The notes under the pieces were generated by a model that worked only from the letters and a program-made list of their open reading frames with translations, searched no databases and had not been told where the DNA came from. 64,000 nucleotides of DNA from positions 55,142 through 119,141 of the forward strand of contig CAYVZU010000001.1 of the NCBI GenBank assembly GCA_964455935.1, written 5' to 3'. Position 1 is the stretch's first letter, and each line of letters opens with the position of its first letter. Both the position numbers and the translations under genes were made by a program. The stretch is from an uncultured Fibrobacterota bacterium (lineage in GTDB: Bacteria; Fibrobacterota; CAYVZU01). This document shows positions 9,806 to 19,115 of this stretch, piece after piece.

Positions 9806-9986
9806 AGGGAAGAATATACTTTTTCCTGGACCTGCCCAGATACGGTCTCCGGCAACGCCTCATGCAAAGCCGCGGCCCCGTGCGTTGATGAGCCGGGCCG
9901 TATTCTTTTCGTTTCAAGGAAAAGGCCTCCAAGAACGCCATTTGATATTACAACCAGTGCGGCCAGTTTGATATATTTAAAGAAAC

Positions 9987-10307
9987 ATGAAATTCGAGCA
10001 GCAGAACCTCGGCGATCGAATTCTGATCCGGGCCGAGGGCCAGATAGACCGGGTCATTAATGTCGATGCCTTTCGCCAGGGCTTGGAACAGGCGCCGGAC
10101 AACATACCGATTCATATCGACCTTGCGGAGGTCGAATTTGTGGGATCGGCTTTCATCAAATTGCTGATGGAATTCCGCGGCCAATACCCACGCAAAGCCG
10201 CCAATATCCAATTGGTCAATCCCCGGCCCAACACACGGGACCTATTGCATCTGCTCAAACTCGACCAGGTCTTTCCGGTCCTCTCCACAAAGCCGCCCTG
10301 CTCCTGA
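9987..10307 (+). CDS. STAS-domain protein (anti-sigma factor antagonist, SpoIIAA-like)
   Basis: 106 aa. The pattern ILIRAEGQIDRV...VDLAEVEFVGSAFIKLL is typical of the STAS fold. Confidence 0.65.
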   Translation: MKFEQQNLGDRILIRAEGQIDRVINVDAFRQGLEQAPDNIPIHIDLAEVEFVGSAFIKLLMEFRGQYPRKAANIQLVNPRPNTRDLLHLLKLDQVFPVLSTKPPCS

Positions 10308-10547
10308 AGGAGGGCAATGGGCAAGGGGTCAGGAATTAAGCGCCGTATCGGGCGCTCTTGCTTCCGCGGCTTTGCGGCGGCGGCCGGATGAGCCTGAAAA
10401 GTCAAATCAGGGGTTCGGCGCGAAAGCCACAAGACAGAGGAGCTTCGCTACGCCTTTCCATTCGACTTGTCCCTAATTCCTATCCCCTAATCCCTTCTTC
10501 GGGACATGGCTTGCCGCGGAGTGCCTCAATTATTACCTTATGTACCT

Positions 10548-11864
10548 ATGGAAATCTGGGATCAGACCCTCGCCCTTGTCAAAGAAACGGTAAACCCGCA
10601 AAGCTTTCATACCTGGTTTGCTCCCATCGAACCGCTTTCGTTCGAGAACAACACCCTGATTCTCCAGGTCAAGAACAGCTTTTTCTCCGACTGGATCCAG
10701 CATAACTATCTCAATCTCATCCGCAAGACCGTCAAGCGCGCGGCCGGCAGCGATGTGGAGATTGTGATCCACGCCGCCGAACCTTCCGATTCGCAGGCGG
10801 CGCCCGCGGGATTCGCCTTTCGACCTACGTCGTACCGGCCCGATTATCTCAATGACCGTTATGTCTTCGACCATTTTGTGGTTGGCAATAGTAATCAGTT
10901 TGCCTGCTCCGCGGCCCGGGCCGTCTCCGAAGCGCCCGGAAAAACAAAGTTCAACCCGCTCCTTATCTACGGCGGCGCCGGGCTGGGCAAAACGCATTTA
11001 ATTCAGGCTATTGGCCATTACGTCCTGCTTAAGAACGCCGGAGCCAAAGTCTATTACACAACCTCCGAACAGTTTACCTTCGATTTTATCGAGTCGATCA
11101 AAAACAATAAAATAGCCGAGCTCTCGAATTTTTACCGCAGCGCCGATGTTCTCCTCATGGATGATATCCAGTTCTTTATTGGCCGCGAACGCACCCAGGA
11201 GGAATTCTTCCACATCTTCAACACGCTCTATCAGAACCAGAAGCAGATTGTCCTGACCAGCGATCGCGCGCCCAAGGAACTGCAAGGCATGGAAGAGCGT
11301 CTGGTGAGCCGGTTTCAATGGGGCCTGTTCGTGGATATTCAGCCGCCCGATCAGGAGACACGCATCGCCATCATCCGCAAGAAAACCGAACATGAACGCA
11401 TCAGCATCCCCGACGATGTGGTCACGTTCATTGCCGATAATGTCTCATCCAATATCCGTGAACTCGAGGGCAGCATCATCAAGTTGATGGCCTATTCGTC
11501 GTTGACCAAGAAGGACATCTCCCTCGGGCTGGCCAAGGAAATTTTAAAAGCCAATATCCAAACCGAGAAGAAGCGCATTTCGGTTGATTCGATCATCGAA
11601 GCGGTGTGCAAGTTCTATGGCGTCCCCGAGAATGCGATCCGAGGCAAGAGCCGCAGCAAGGAAGTGGTCCTGCCGCGAATGGTCTCGATGTTTTTGGCCA
11701 AACAACTCACAAGCCAGTCCCTCAAGACCATCGGCCTTCAGTTCGGAGGCCGCGATCATTCCACCGTGATCCACGCGATTCAGACAATTGAAGGGAAAGC
11801 CGCGGCGGAAGCGCAATTTCAAAACGAACTCAAATCCATCGAGAAAAGCGTCGGCCCCAAATAG
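10548..11864 (+). CDS. dnaA: chromosomal replication initiator DnaA
   Basis: N-terminal DnaA domain, AAA+ Walker A GGAGLGKTHL, Walker B LLMDDIQF, and C-terminal DNA-binding helix RMVSMFLAKQLT...FGGRDHSTVIHA. Start chosen at MEIWDQ. Confidence 0.9.
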   Translation: MEIWDQTLALVKETVNPQSFHTWFAPIEPLSFENNTLILQVKNSFFSDWIQHNYLNLIRKTVKRAAGSDVEIVIHAAEPSDSQAAPAGFAFRPTSYRPDYLNDRYVFDHFVVGNSNQFACSAARAVSEAPGKTKFNPLLIYGGAGLGKTHLIQAIGHYVLLKNAGAKVYYTTSEQFTFDFIESIKNNKIAELSNFYRSADVLLMDDIQFFIGRERTQEEFFHIFNTLYQNQKQIVLTSDRAPKELQGMEERLVSRFQWGLFVDIQPPDQETRIAIIRKKTEHERISIPDDVVTFIADNVSSNIRELEGSIIKLMAYSSLTKKDISLGLAKEILKANIQTEKKRISVDSIIEAVCKFYGVPENAIRGKSRSKEVVLPRMVSMFLAKQLTSQSLKTIGLQFGGRDHSTVIHAIQTIEGKAAAEAQFQNELKSIEKSVGPK

Positions 11865-11950
11865 TTTCGGAGCGAAAAAAAGCGAATTCAGTTCGGTTAA
11901 AAACTGACAACCGACAACTGCGAACTGGAAACACCTGTCCTTGGAATGGA

Positions 11951-13096
11951 TCAGCCCTGAAAGACCGTTCGGCCCAGGTCTTCAATGGATTCGAAATCGA
12001 AGTCGTGATCGGTGTATTGGCTGCGGATGATGTAGGAGGGCATATAGGGCCACAGAATCCGGTCGGAATGCTTGTCGCCAACCATGAAACAGCGCGGTAG
12101 ATCAAGATTCCATTTCTCCGCGGCCAGCAGAATCATCCCCGGGTTGGGCTTGCGTAGCAGGGATTGACGCTGGAATTCCGGCCGCGATGCCTTTTCGTGG
12201 TAGGGACACACATAGAATTCGGCGATCTTAATCTCGTTGCGCTCGAATTGTTCGGCAATCCACCGGTTCAGCGCTTCGACTTCCTGCAGCGAAAAATACC
12301 CGCGCGCCACACCCGACTGGTTTGTGACCACAATCAGTTTATAGCCTTTCCTTTGGGCCAAACGACTGAAGGAGAAAATGCCGCGCGAGAACACAACCTG
12401 CTCCCGGTGGATGACATAGCCCGAATCTTCGTTGATCACGCCATCGCGGTCCAGAAAAACCGCCTTCGACTTCTTCTTGCGATTCACAACGGCCATGAGC
12501 GCCTTTTCCATGTCCTCACGGTCGTTGCGCACGGCAAGGCACGGATCAGGAAGGCCAAGACCGCAGACATCCGGACCACATCCGGGTTGCAGGGCCTCCA
12601 TCGGCGTGGCGCGCTGAAGGGTTTCACGCGAAACCACGCGGACACCGCCATCGAGGTAGCCCTCCAAACCCGGGGCCAGACGAGTTTCCCGAATCCAACC
12701 CTCGCCGTCCAGAATGGATTGCGCGGCGTTGCCGGTGTCCTTTAAAAATTTCAGGGCCACCGCATGGCCGGCGTTCCGCTTCTCGCGCAGGTCCGCCAGC
12801 AGGGAAAAATCGCAGGGGAAGTACACGTCGCCGCGGCACACCGGAACCGAGGGGTCGAGGAGCGGAAATTGGGGCGGGCAGAAATCTTGCAGTGTGCTGC
12901 TGTACCAGACTTTGCAATTCAGGCCTCCTCCATCGCCCAACACCTTTTGGAGGGCCGGCCCGCAATCCGACGCAAAGAGGATATTCTCAATTCCCTGCGA
13001 GACCAGGTAGCGGACCCAATAGACGAGGAATGGTTCTCCGCCCAGGATAGTAAGGATTGGCGCATCCTTGGGACAAACCAGGCAGGCCGATCTCAC
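11951..13096 (-). CDS. bifunctional sugar-nucleotidyltransferase-like / D,D-heptose-1,7-bisphosphate phosphatase (GmhB-type HAD) fusion
   Basis: C-terminal HAD motifs AVFLDRDGVINED, VVTNQSGV, KPNPGM and GDKHSD match GmhB. The N-terminal half resembles an NTP-transferase fold (ILTILGGEPFL...GIENILFAS) but has a degenerate G-loop. GTG start overlaps the upstream stop as GTGA. Confidence 0.65.
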   Translation of the reverse strand: MRSACLVCPKDAPILTILGGEPFLVYWVRYLVSQGIENILFASDCGPALQKVLGDGGGLNCKVWYSSTLQDFCPPQFPLLDPSVPVCRGDVYFPCDFSLLADLREKRNAGHAVALKFLKDTGNAAQSILDGEGWIRETRLAPGLEGYLDGGVRVVSRETLQRATPMEALQPGCGPDVCGLGLPDPCLAVRNDREDMEKALMAVVNRKKKSKAVFLDRDGVINEDSGYVIHREQVVFSRGIFSFSRLAQRKGYKLIVVTNQSGVARGYFSLQEVEALNRWIAEQFERNEIKIAEFYVCPYHEKASRPEFQRQSLLRKPNPGMILLAAEKWNLDLPRCFMVGDKHSDRILWPYMPSYIIRSQYTDHDFDFESIEDLGRTVFQG

Positions 13097-13914
13097 GGGG
13101 TGGCCTCCTTGGGTATTGCGAATCGCAGAATCCGATTGCCGGCCTGATCCGTAATCCAAAGGTTTCCGGATTCGGCGATCGCGCCGCCCGGCAGAACCGA
13201 TTCGGGCAAAGCTCCCAGAACAACCATTGCATTGTCGCGAAACGAATAGAGCGCCCGGTCCAGAACCAGCAGCAGGCGGTCCTCCGCGGTACACAGGAAC
13301 CCGCGCCGCACAGGACGGGGGAGATCCTGGTTGTGGTGGACACGGCCAAACAAGTCGCCTGCCAGCAATTCACGGTCGGTAAGAATCCAGAATCGGTTTT
13401 CCCATAAAACACAATGCAGGACCGGCTTTCCATTGGCCCAAGAGATCGAGACGGGCTCCATTTGCCGGGCATGGACCTTCCAGCGAAACGCCCGCGCCTG
13501 GGACAGGCTCCAGACCAGAAAGTTGCCGCCCTTTTCATAACACAGGATTCCGCCCGGCAAAGCGTGTTGCGCCACTGGGAGAAGTTCGGCATCGAACTGC
13601 GCGATTCCCGAGTCCCGGATTCCCGCCGCATAAATCATCCCCGCAAGATCCGCCGAGAGCGCCGCGATCTCATGCCACCGGCCTCCCCCGTCATCGGTTT
13701 GCGAACGAAATTCGCCGCGCGTCGAAATTTTCTGGATCCGGCCGTTGCCCTGGTCGGCGATATAAAGGAATCCCGCGGATGCGGCCATGGCTCCCGGGCG
13801 GCGGAATTGAAGCGGCTTGCGGCCCGGCCCGCCCAAAGACAGCTCGGGCGCAAGAACGGTCGGCGCTGCCATTGCGCCGCAGACAATCAGAAAAAAAAGG
13901 CAGAAGCATTTCAT
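13093..13914 (-). CDS. secreted NHL-repeat beta-propeller protein
   Basis: Signal peptide, then repeated FLYIADQGNGRI and NLWITDQAGNRILRF NHL motifs. Confidence 0.6.
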   Translation of the reverse strand: MKCFCLFFLIVCGAMAAPTVLAPELSLGGPGRKPLQFRRPGAMAASAGFLYIADQGNGRIQKISTRGEFRSQTDDGGGRWHEIAALSADLAGMIYAAGIRDSGIAQFDAELLPVAQHALPGGILCYEKGGNFLVWSLSQARAFRWKVHARQMEPVSISWANGKPVLHCVLWENRFWILTDRELLAGDLFGRVHHNQDLPRPVRRGFLCTAEDRLLLVLDRALYSFRDNAMVVLGALPESVLPGGAIAESGNLWITDQAGNRILRFAIPKEATP

Positions 13915-14336
13915 TGCAAAACCTCGATCTTCACTTTCGCGATTCCCGAAACATCCAGTCCAATCTGCCGTCCGGCTTCTTCCGAAAGATCGATGATGCG
14001 GCCTTTCGCATACGGGCCGCGGTCATTGACGCGCACGGTCACCGTGCGGCCGTTTCCCAGATTCGTCACCCGCAGCCGGGTGTTGAAATCCAGTGTCCGG
14101 TGGGCCGCGGTCAGATCGTTTCGATTGTAGATTTCCCCGTTGGCTGTCTTTCGGCCGTGAAAATCGGCGCCATAGTAACTGGCAACCCCGGTCTGAAGAA
14201 ACCGGCCGTGGCTAAACGAGCCTCTGTCCAGCGATGCCGCGCGAATCGAGCGCTTGCGTGCCGTGGAGCGCGGTGCGGTGCTTGAGCAAAACGAAAGCAG
14301 CAACTGCGCGGCCAATACCCACGCGCCGCATCGCAT
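13911..14336 (-). CDS. rlpA: RlpA-family lytic transglycosylase (double-psi beta-barrel domain), no SPOR domain
   Basis: GVASYYGADFHGRKTANGEIY...LTAAHRTL...TVRVNDRGPY matches the RlpA double-psi beta-barrel domain. Start chosen at MRCGAWVLAAQLLL, a signal or lipoprotein-like peptide. Confidence 0.7.
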   Translation of the reverse strand: MRCGAWVLAAQLLLSFCSSTAPRSTARKRSIRAASLDRGSFSHGRFLQTGVASYYGADFHGRKTANGEIYNRNDLTAAHRTLDFNTRLRVTNLGNGRTVTVRVNDRGPYAKGRIIDLSEEAGRQIGLDVSGIAKVKIEVLQ

Positions 14337-14451
14337 TAGAATGCGGGGCCCAAGTTTGGAGATCCGACGGAATTGGGTGCCCATCAGTTTCAAGCGTTCG
14401 AAATTCAGGGTTTTAACGAAGAACAACCGGCCTAACCGCAGAATGCCGGCG

Positions 14452-14667
14452 CTATTCCTGTTTCCGCTCGGAATCCGCTCTCGACGATTTGGACTGGTCG
14501 GCATCGAGATGATCCGCGCCAAAACAGCGCGCGTGGTAATATTGACGCTTCAAATTCTTGACGGTAGAAATGGACGATTCGCCTCGCTCGATCGGTCTCC
14601 CGCACTTGACGCAGGCATAGCTGTCGGCCACAATCGGTCCTTTCGCGCCATGTTCGACTATACCCAT
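14452..14667 (-). CDS. small zinc-ribbon protein (CxxC...HxxC)
   Basis: 71 aa with CVKCG...(~25 aa)...HARC. Sits between trmH-like and rlpA on the same strand. Confidence 0.35.
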   Translation of the reverse strand: MGIVEHGAKGPIVADSYACVKCGRPIERGESSISTVKNLKRQYYHARCFGADHLDADQSKSSRADSERKQE

Positions 14668-14743
14668 CTAGTATATAAAGCGCCTTGGATGTTGTCAACA
14701 ACGCCGCGAGACGAGTGGTCTTGGAAAAAAGGCGGGGTTTCGT

Positions 14744-15517
14744 TCAGGTCTTGATCCGGGTTCCGGGATGTGTTCCCTGCGAAAACCCGTATAGGGCTAT
14801 CGAGCCGGCAATTGCCGCGTTCAGGGATTCGACATTCTGAATATGGATCTTGAGTATGGAGTCGGCCTGCGACAGAATGCCCGGCGAAACGCCGTTGCCT
14901 TCGGAGCCGATCACCAGAAGATACGGCTCATGAAAAATCGCGGAGCTCAGGTCGTCAGTGCCGGCGGCCGAAAGCCCGTAGAGAGTGAATCCGCTTTTCC
15001 GGAGTTCGGCAACGTCCAGGCACAAATTGGCGCTCCGATGAAAAGCGCAATGGATAAACGCGCCGGCGCTGGCACGAATCACTTTGGGAGAGAAGGGGTC
15101 GGCTGTTTGGGAATCGTAAAGAATCTGAGTCACGGAAAAGGCCGCGGCCGTTCGAATCAACGTGCCCGCATTGCCCGGGTCCTGTATGCCGTTGAGCACA
15201 AGAGTATTGATCTTTTTCAGCTTGGACGGCGCCGGAATCTGTGCAACGCCAACAACACCCTGGCTGGTAAGCGTGTCCGAAATTTTGGAGAACGCGCGCG
15301 ATTCAAGAAGTCGGCGGTGTGGAAAATCGCCCAGTTTCGGGAAGTGATGGACCAGATCCTCGTACTTGGACTGATCAAGAAGAATTTCGCGGACGGAATA
15401 GCCCGAACCCAGCAGGTCCGAAAGAATTTTGGGGCCCTCGACCAGAAAGCAGCCATGCTCCCTGCGGCCTTTGGCCTGCTTCAGCGATGTATAGAAAGAA
15501 ACAGGGTGTAAATCCAT
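14744..15517 (-). CDS. TrmH/SpoU-family RNA 2'-O-methyltransferase (RlmB-like)
   Basis: SPOUT motifs LVLNGIQDPGNAGTLIRTAAAF, LLVIGSEGNGVS and ESLNAAIAGSIALY, plus an N-terminal substrate-binding domain. Confidence 0.8.
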   Translation of the reverse strand: MDLHPVSFYTSLKQAKGRREHGCFLVEGPKILSDLLGSGYSVREILLDQSKYEDLVHHFPKLGDFPHRRLLESRAFSKISDTLTSQGVVGVAQIPAPSKLKKINTLVLNGIQDPGNAGTLIRTAAAFSVTQILYDSQTADPFSPKVIRASAGAFIHCAFHRSANLCLDVAELRKSGFTLYGLSAAGTDDLSSAIFHEPYLLVIGSEGNGVSPGILSQADSILKIHIQNVESLNAAIAGSIALYGFSQGTHPGTRIKT

Positions 15518-15651
15518 GGGGAAAAGTCAGACCGTTATAAAACCTGAATTGGAGGACATCACTGAATATTCGTTTGGCCGTAAAGACACCCCACCCGTCC
15601 TCCGTAGCGGTCTGCCGCGGAGGGCGGATACCGTGTCCGGTCCCTTTTTAA

Positions 15652-16689
15652 TCAGAACACCACGTCTTCCTTAAATAGAGGAATCAAGGCGCAGAGCATC
15701 AACACGCGCTGCAGCTTGCTGTCCTCGAAGCAGACCGCTCCCTTGTTCGTGGACCCGCCCATGGCGGAAGCCGCGGCAACCTTGTCGACCGCCTTGGCCG
15801 CAATTAGTTCATCAAGCGTGTTGGGATCCACAAATCGGCCCTTGCCCTCGCGTTGCATCTGAAGTTCGAGCTGCGAAATACTGAGCATGATCTTGCCATC
15901 CGCCTGCTTTTTGCCGCTGTGCTCGGCGCTCGATAAAAGGAGCTTGGCAAGGTCAAGGGCCGCCGGTGAAAGTTCCTCGCCCACCATCTTGCCGCCGCGC
16001 AACTTCACCCGAAGATAGGTCAGGTACATTTGCAATGCCGGGGCATTCAGAATCCGCGCATATTCCTTGCCGTTGTGATCCGCCGTGATCACCGCCAGCT
16101 CTTTCAAAATCAGAATGGTCAGGATCTTTTCAGTGTCGCCCGAGCTGACGCCCGTGATGGAGTAGACTTCTTCCTTCAGGCGAGCGAGCGGCACCACAAT
16201 GTGGCCCTCAACCATGGCCAGCTTCTTGCTCTGCAAAAGAAGGAGAATATTAATGACACCGGCCATGTTATTTCTGACCACATCGTCGCCGTTGCGCTTG
16301 TTTGTTTCCCGCAACCGGGAGACAACAATTTTGATCACACTCACAAGCCAGGCGGGAATCTTGGCCATCGTGGCCTCGAGAATGGTCTCGTCGATCACCG
16401 TGGCAATGACTTCTTCAATGACCTGCCCGGTCGCGCCCCGGGGCTGGTTGTCCAGCAACGAAAGCTCGCCCAGCACGCTGCCGGCCCCCAGCACCGCCAG
16501 CTCCACGGTGCGGTCGCCTTCCTGTTTGAGAATTTTCACTTTCCCGGTACGCAGGATATACATCTCGCGGCCGCTCTCGCCCTCGATGAACATCAGCGTG
16601 CCGCGCTTGAAAACCCGGTCACTGCGATTCGCCACGCCCGCGCCGGTTTTAAGCCCGGCGGGGCCCGGAGACGAGGTGGGAGCGTTCAT
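15652..16689 (-). CDS. cNMP-binding domain protein, paralog B (cNMP domain plus ~200-aa uncharacterised C-terminal domain)
   Basis: FKRGTLMFIEGESGREMYILRTGKVKI...GELSLLDNQPRGATGQVIEE is a CAP-effector fold with a phosphate-binding cassette. The linker AKIPAWLVSVIKIVVSRLRETNKR is conserved with paralog A. No evident HTH. Start chosen at MNAPTSS, overlapping the upstream stop. Confidence 0.7.
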   Translation of the reverse strand: MNAPTSSPGPAGLKTGAGVANRSDRVFKRGTLMFIEGESGREMYILRTGKVKILKQEGDRTVELAVLGAGSVLGELSLLDNQPRGATGQVIEEVIATVIDETILEATMAKIPAWLVSVIKIVVSRLRETNKRNGDDVVRNNMAGVINILLLLQSKKLAMVEGHIVVPLARLKEEVYSITGVSSGDTEKILTILILKELAVITADHNGKEYARILNAPALQMYLTYLRVKLRGGKMVGEELSPAALDLAKLLLSSAEHSGKKQADGKIMLSISQLELQMQREGKGRFVDPNTLDELIAAKAVDKVAAASAMGGSTNKGAVCFEDSKLQRVLMLCALIPLFKEDVVF

Positions 16690-17726
16690 TTGACTTTGGC
16701 ATCCTTTTTGTCGGGGGGCTTGGGCGCGGGCGGATGCAAATCCTTGCGGAATCGTTCGATCCATTCTTTAATTTTGCGAATTCGCGCGAGGCTGTCCTTT
16801 TGGAAAAGGATCAGGTTGTCGCTGCCGTCAGCCGTGGGAAACAGGGAAAGCACATCGCGGCGCTGCAAGCTCGAAAGCATGCTCTGGATCCCGGGTACGT
16901 TCTTCTGCGCCATGTCCTCAAGCAGCGCGCGCATAGGAAGCTCGGTCCCCTGCTTGGTCTCCTTGCCCGACTTTTGCGAAACGTAAATGACATTGTTGAG
17001 AAGATCCACTTCGGGATCGGATATCTGCAGTTCGATGAATTCGCGGCCGCGCTCCTTCAAGCGGGTGTATTCAATAAAAAGCGAAAACGCACCCGGGTCC
17101 CGGAACAGGAGAAATTGCCGGCCGGCCGTGTCCTTCCCTATCTCCAGCAGTTCGCGCGCCGTTAGATCGGCGAGAACGGCCTCGGTGGCGGCCCGGCCAA
17201 GACGGCACGTGTAGAAGCTCTCGGTAATGACCAGTTCGTAATCGAGCGAGACCACGCCGCTCACCACGCGCTGATGCCCCTCCAGCAAAAGACCGATCAG
17301 AGACGCGATTCCGGCTTCGCGATTGCGCAAAACACTTTGCCCCACGCGCTTGTTGGCGTCGCGAATGCGGGAGGTAATGATTCGCACTATGCTGGTAAGC
17401 CAGGGCGGGACCTTGGCCAGGATCGAGTTGAAAACAAGTTCATTGATGATGCTGACTTTGGTCGGACGCACGGCCGTCCCGCTCGCCGAGCGGGGCAAAT
17501 TGTCGAGCAGCGACATCTCACCGAGAATGCTTCCATTTCCCAGGCGCGCCAGCTCGACCGGGCCGTCTTTGCTGTCGCGCGTGATGCGAATTTCGCCGTC
17601 CTGGACAACAAACATCTCACGGCCCTTGTCGCCTTCCTTAAAGAGGACTTCCCCTTCCTTGAAGGTGCGGACGTTGGGCTGGGCGGGTCGCTGCCCGGTT
17701 TTTAGCTGCGTGCTGATGAGTGCCAT
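16686..17726 (-). CDS. cNMP-binding domain protein, paralog A
   Basis: FKEGEVLFKEGDKGREMFVVQDGEIRI...GEMSLLDNLPRSASGTAVRP. Linker AKVPPWLTSIVRIITSRIRDANKR matches paralog B. Divergent C-terminal ~200 aa. Confidence 0.7.
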   Translation of the reverse strand: MALISTQLKTGQRPAQPNVRTFKEGEVLFKEGDKGREMFVVQDGEIRITRDSKDGPVELARLGNGSILGEMSLLDNLPRSASGTAVRPTKVSIINELVFNSILAKVPPWLTSIVRIITSRIRDANKRVGQSVLRNREAGIASLIGLLLEGHQRVVSGVVSLDYELVITESFYTCRLGRAATEAVLADLTARELLEIGKDTAGRQFLLFRDPGAFSLFIEYTRLKERGREFIELQISDPEVDLLNNVIYVSQKSGKETKQGTELPMRALLEDMAQKNVPGIQSMLSSLQRRDVLSLFPTADGSDNLILFQKDSLARIRKIKEWIERFRKDLHPPAPKPPDKKDAKVK

Positions 17727-17737
17727 AGGCGATCTTT

Positions 17738-17763
17738 GGAAGTAGCGCGGGGCAAGCCATTGC
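17738..17763. promoter_or_regulatory. perfect 9-bp inverted repeat GCGGGGCAA-N4-TTGCCCCGC in the divergent promoter region between the cNMP operon and fba
   Basis: Sequence gcgcggggcaagccattgccccgcgc. Read directly from the sequence. Confidence 0.3.
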
Positions 17764-18024
17764 CCCGCGCCTCCTGCCTGGATAGAATTAAGTACATAAT
17801 CGCTTTTACAGCGGCATTAGATCAAGAGGACAGGAAGAACCGGACCAGCCGGCCTTGATCAGATTTATGGTTCCTTAAAGGGGAAGACACCATGCGGAAT
17901 TGAGGCCGCCACTCACGCTGACCGCGCCCATCTCGGGATTAATGCCAACACCTTTGAAAGCCTTCCGTGCAGGTGTTATTTTAGATGGCGCAAAACACAA
18001 AACAGCAAACACAAGGAGGCTTGT

Positions 18025-19029
18025 ATGCCAATGGTTCCCATGCGACAGATCCTCGACGAAGCCGTAAAGAAGGGCTATGGTGTCGGCGCCTACAACGTCA
18101 ACAACATGGAGCAAATCCAGGCCATTATGGCCGCGGCCAAGGAGACGCAGAGCCCGGTGATCATCCAGGCCAGCCGTGGCGCGCTCAAATACAGCAACCT
18201 GATCTATCTTAAAAAACTGATGGAAGCCGCGGTCGAGGAAAACCCCAGTCTGCCCATCTGCTTGCATCTGGATCATGGAAACAGCCTTGAATCCTGCAAA
18301 CAGGCCATTGAGCTGGGATTCACATCGGTCATGATCGACGGCTCCCTGATGGAAGACGGCAAAACGGCCAGCGATTTCGACTACAATGTGAAGGTCACGA
18401 AGTCGGTGGTGGAATACGCCCACGACCGCGGCGTGAGCGTCGAAGGCGAACTGGGAACATTGGGCGGCATCGAAGACGGTGTAGGTTCGGGCAAGGTGAA
18501 ACTGACCGACCCCGATCAGGCAGCCGAGTGGATTCAAAAGACCGGTGCCGACGCGCTGGCCCTAGCCTACGGAACCAGCCATGGTGCATACAAATTCAAA
18601 GACAAGCCGACCCTCGCCTTCGATGTGATCTCGGAGGTCCGCAAGCGCGCCCCTGGGTACCCGCTGGTCAGCCACGGCTCATCGAGCGTCCCCAAGGAAC
18701 TGGTGGACGAGGTTAACAAGTACGGTGGCAAAATGCCCAATGCCATGGGTGTGCCCATTGAGGACCTGCAGAAGGCCATCAAGCTGGGCATCACAAAGAT
18801 CAACGTGGACACCGACGGCCGAATGGTGATTACCGCCGCGATCCGCAAAGTCTTTTCCGAGACGCCCGAGAAATTCGATCCGCGCGATTACCTCAAGCCC
18901 GCGCGCGATGCCCTGCAAAAGCTGATTGCCAAGCGCATGCTCGATTTCGGGACCAACGGTCATGCGTCGGACTACAAGCCAATGACCCTGGCCCAGATGC
19001 GCGATTTCTACAAAAGCAAAAAGAAATAG
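18025..19029 (+). CDS. fba: fructose-bisphosphate aldolase, class II
   Basis: MPMVPMRQILDEAVKKGYGVGAYNVNN, CLHLDHG and SHGSSSVP match class II FBA of the FbaA/TagBP family. Confidence 0.9.
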   Translation: MPMVPMRQILDEAVKKGYGVGAYNVNNMEQIQAIMAAAKETQSPVIIQASRGALKYSNLIYLKKLMEAAVEENPSLPICLHLDHGNSLESCKQAIELGFTSVMIDGSLMEDGKTASDFDYNVKVTKSVVEYAHDRGVSVEGELGTLGGIEDGVGSGKVKLTDPDQAAEWIQKTGADALALAYGTSHGAYKFKDKPTLAFDVISEVRKRAPGYPLVSHGSSSVPKELVDEVNKYGGKMPNAMGVPIEDLQKAIKLGITKINVDTDGRMVITAAIRKVFSETPEKFDPRDYLKPARDALQKLIAKRMLDFGTNGHASDYKPMTLAQMRDFYKSKKK

Positions 19030-19050
19030 CGCTCCGGGCATTTGTCTATC

Positions 19051-19090
19051 CGAGCAGAGACGTTGCGCCCAACGTCTCTGCCTTTGTTTT
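19051..19090 (+). terminator. rho-independent terminator after fba
   Basis: Hairpin CAGAGACGTT-gcgccc-AACGTCTCTG (10-bp stem) followed by CCTTTGTTTTAG. Confidence 0.55.
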
Positions 19091-19115
19091 AGGGAGAAAT
19101 TAGGGAGAAATTTGG

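Noticed and set aside
10308-10547. DnaA-box cluster / oriC immediately upstream of dnaA
   Set aside because: Only degenerate TATCCCC-like repeats are present. There is no set of three or more near-consensus TTATCCACA boxes and no obvious AT-rich unwinding element.
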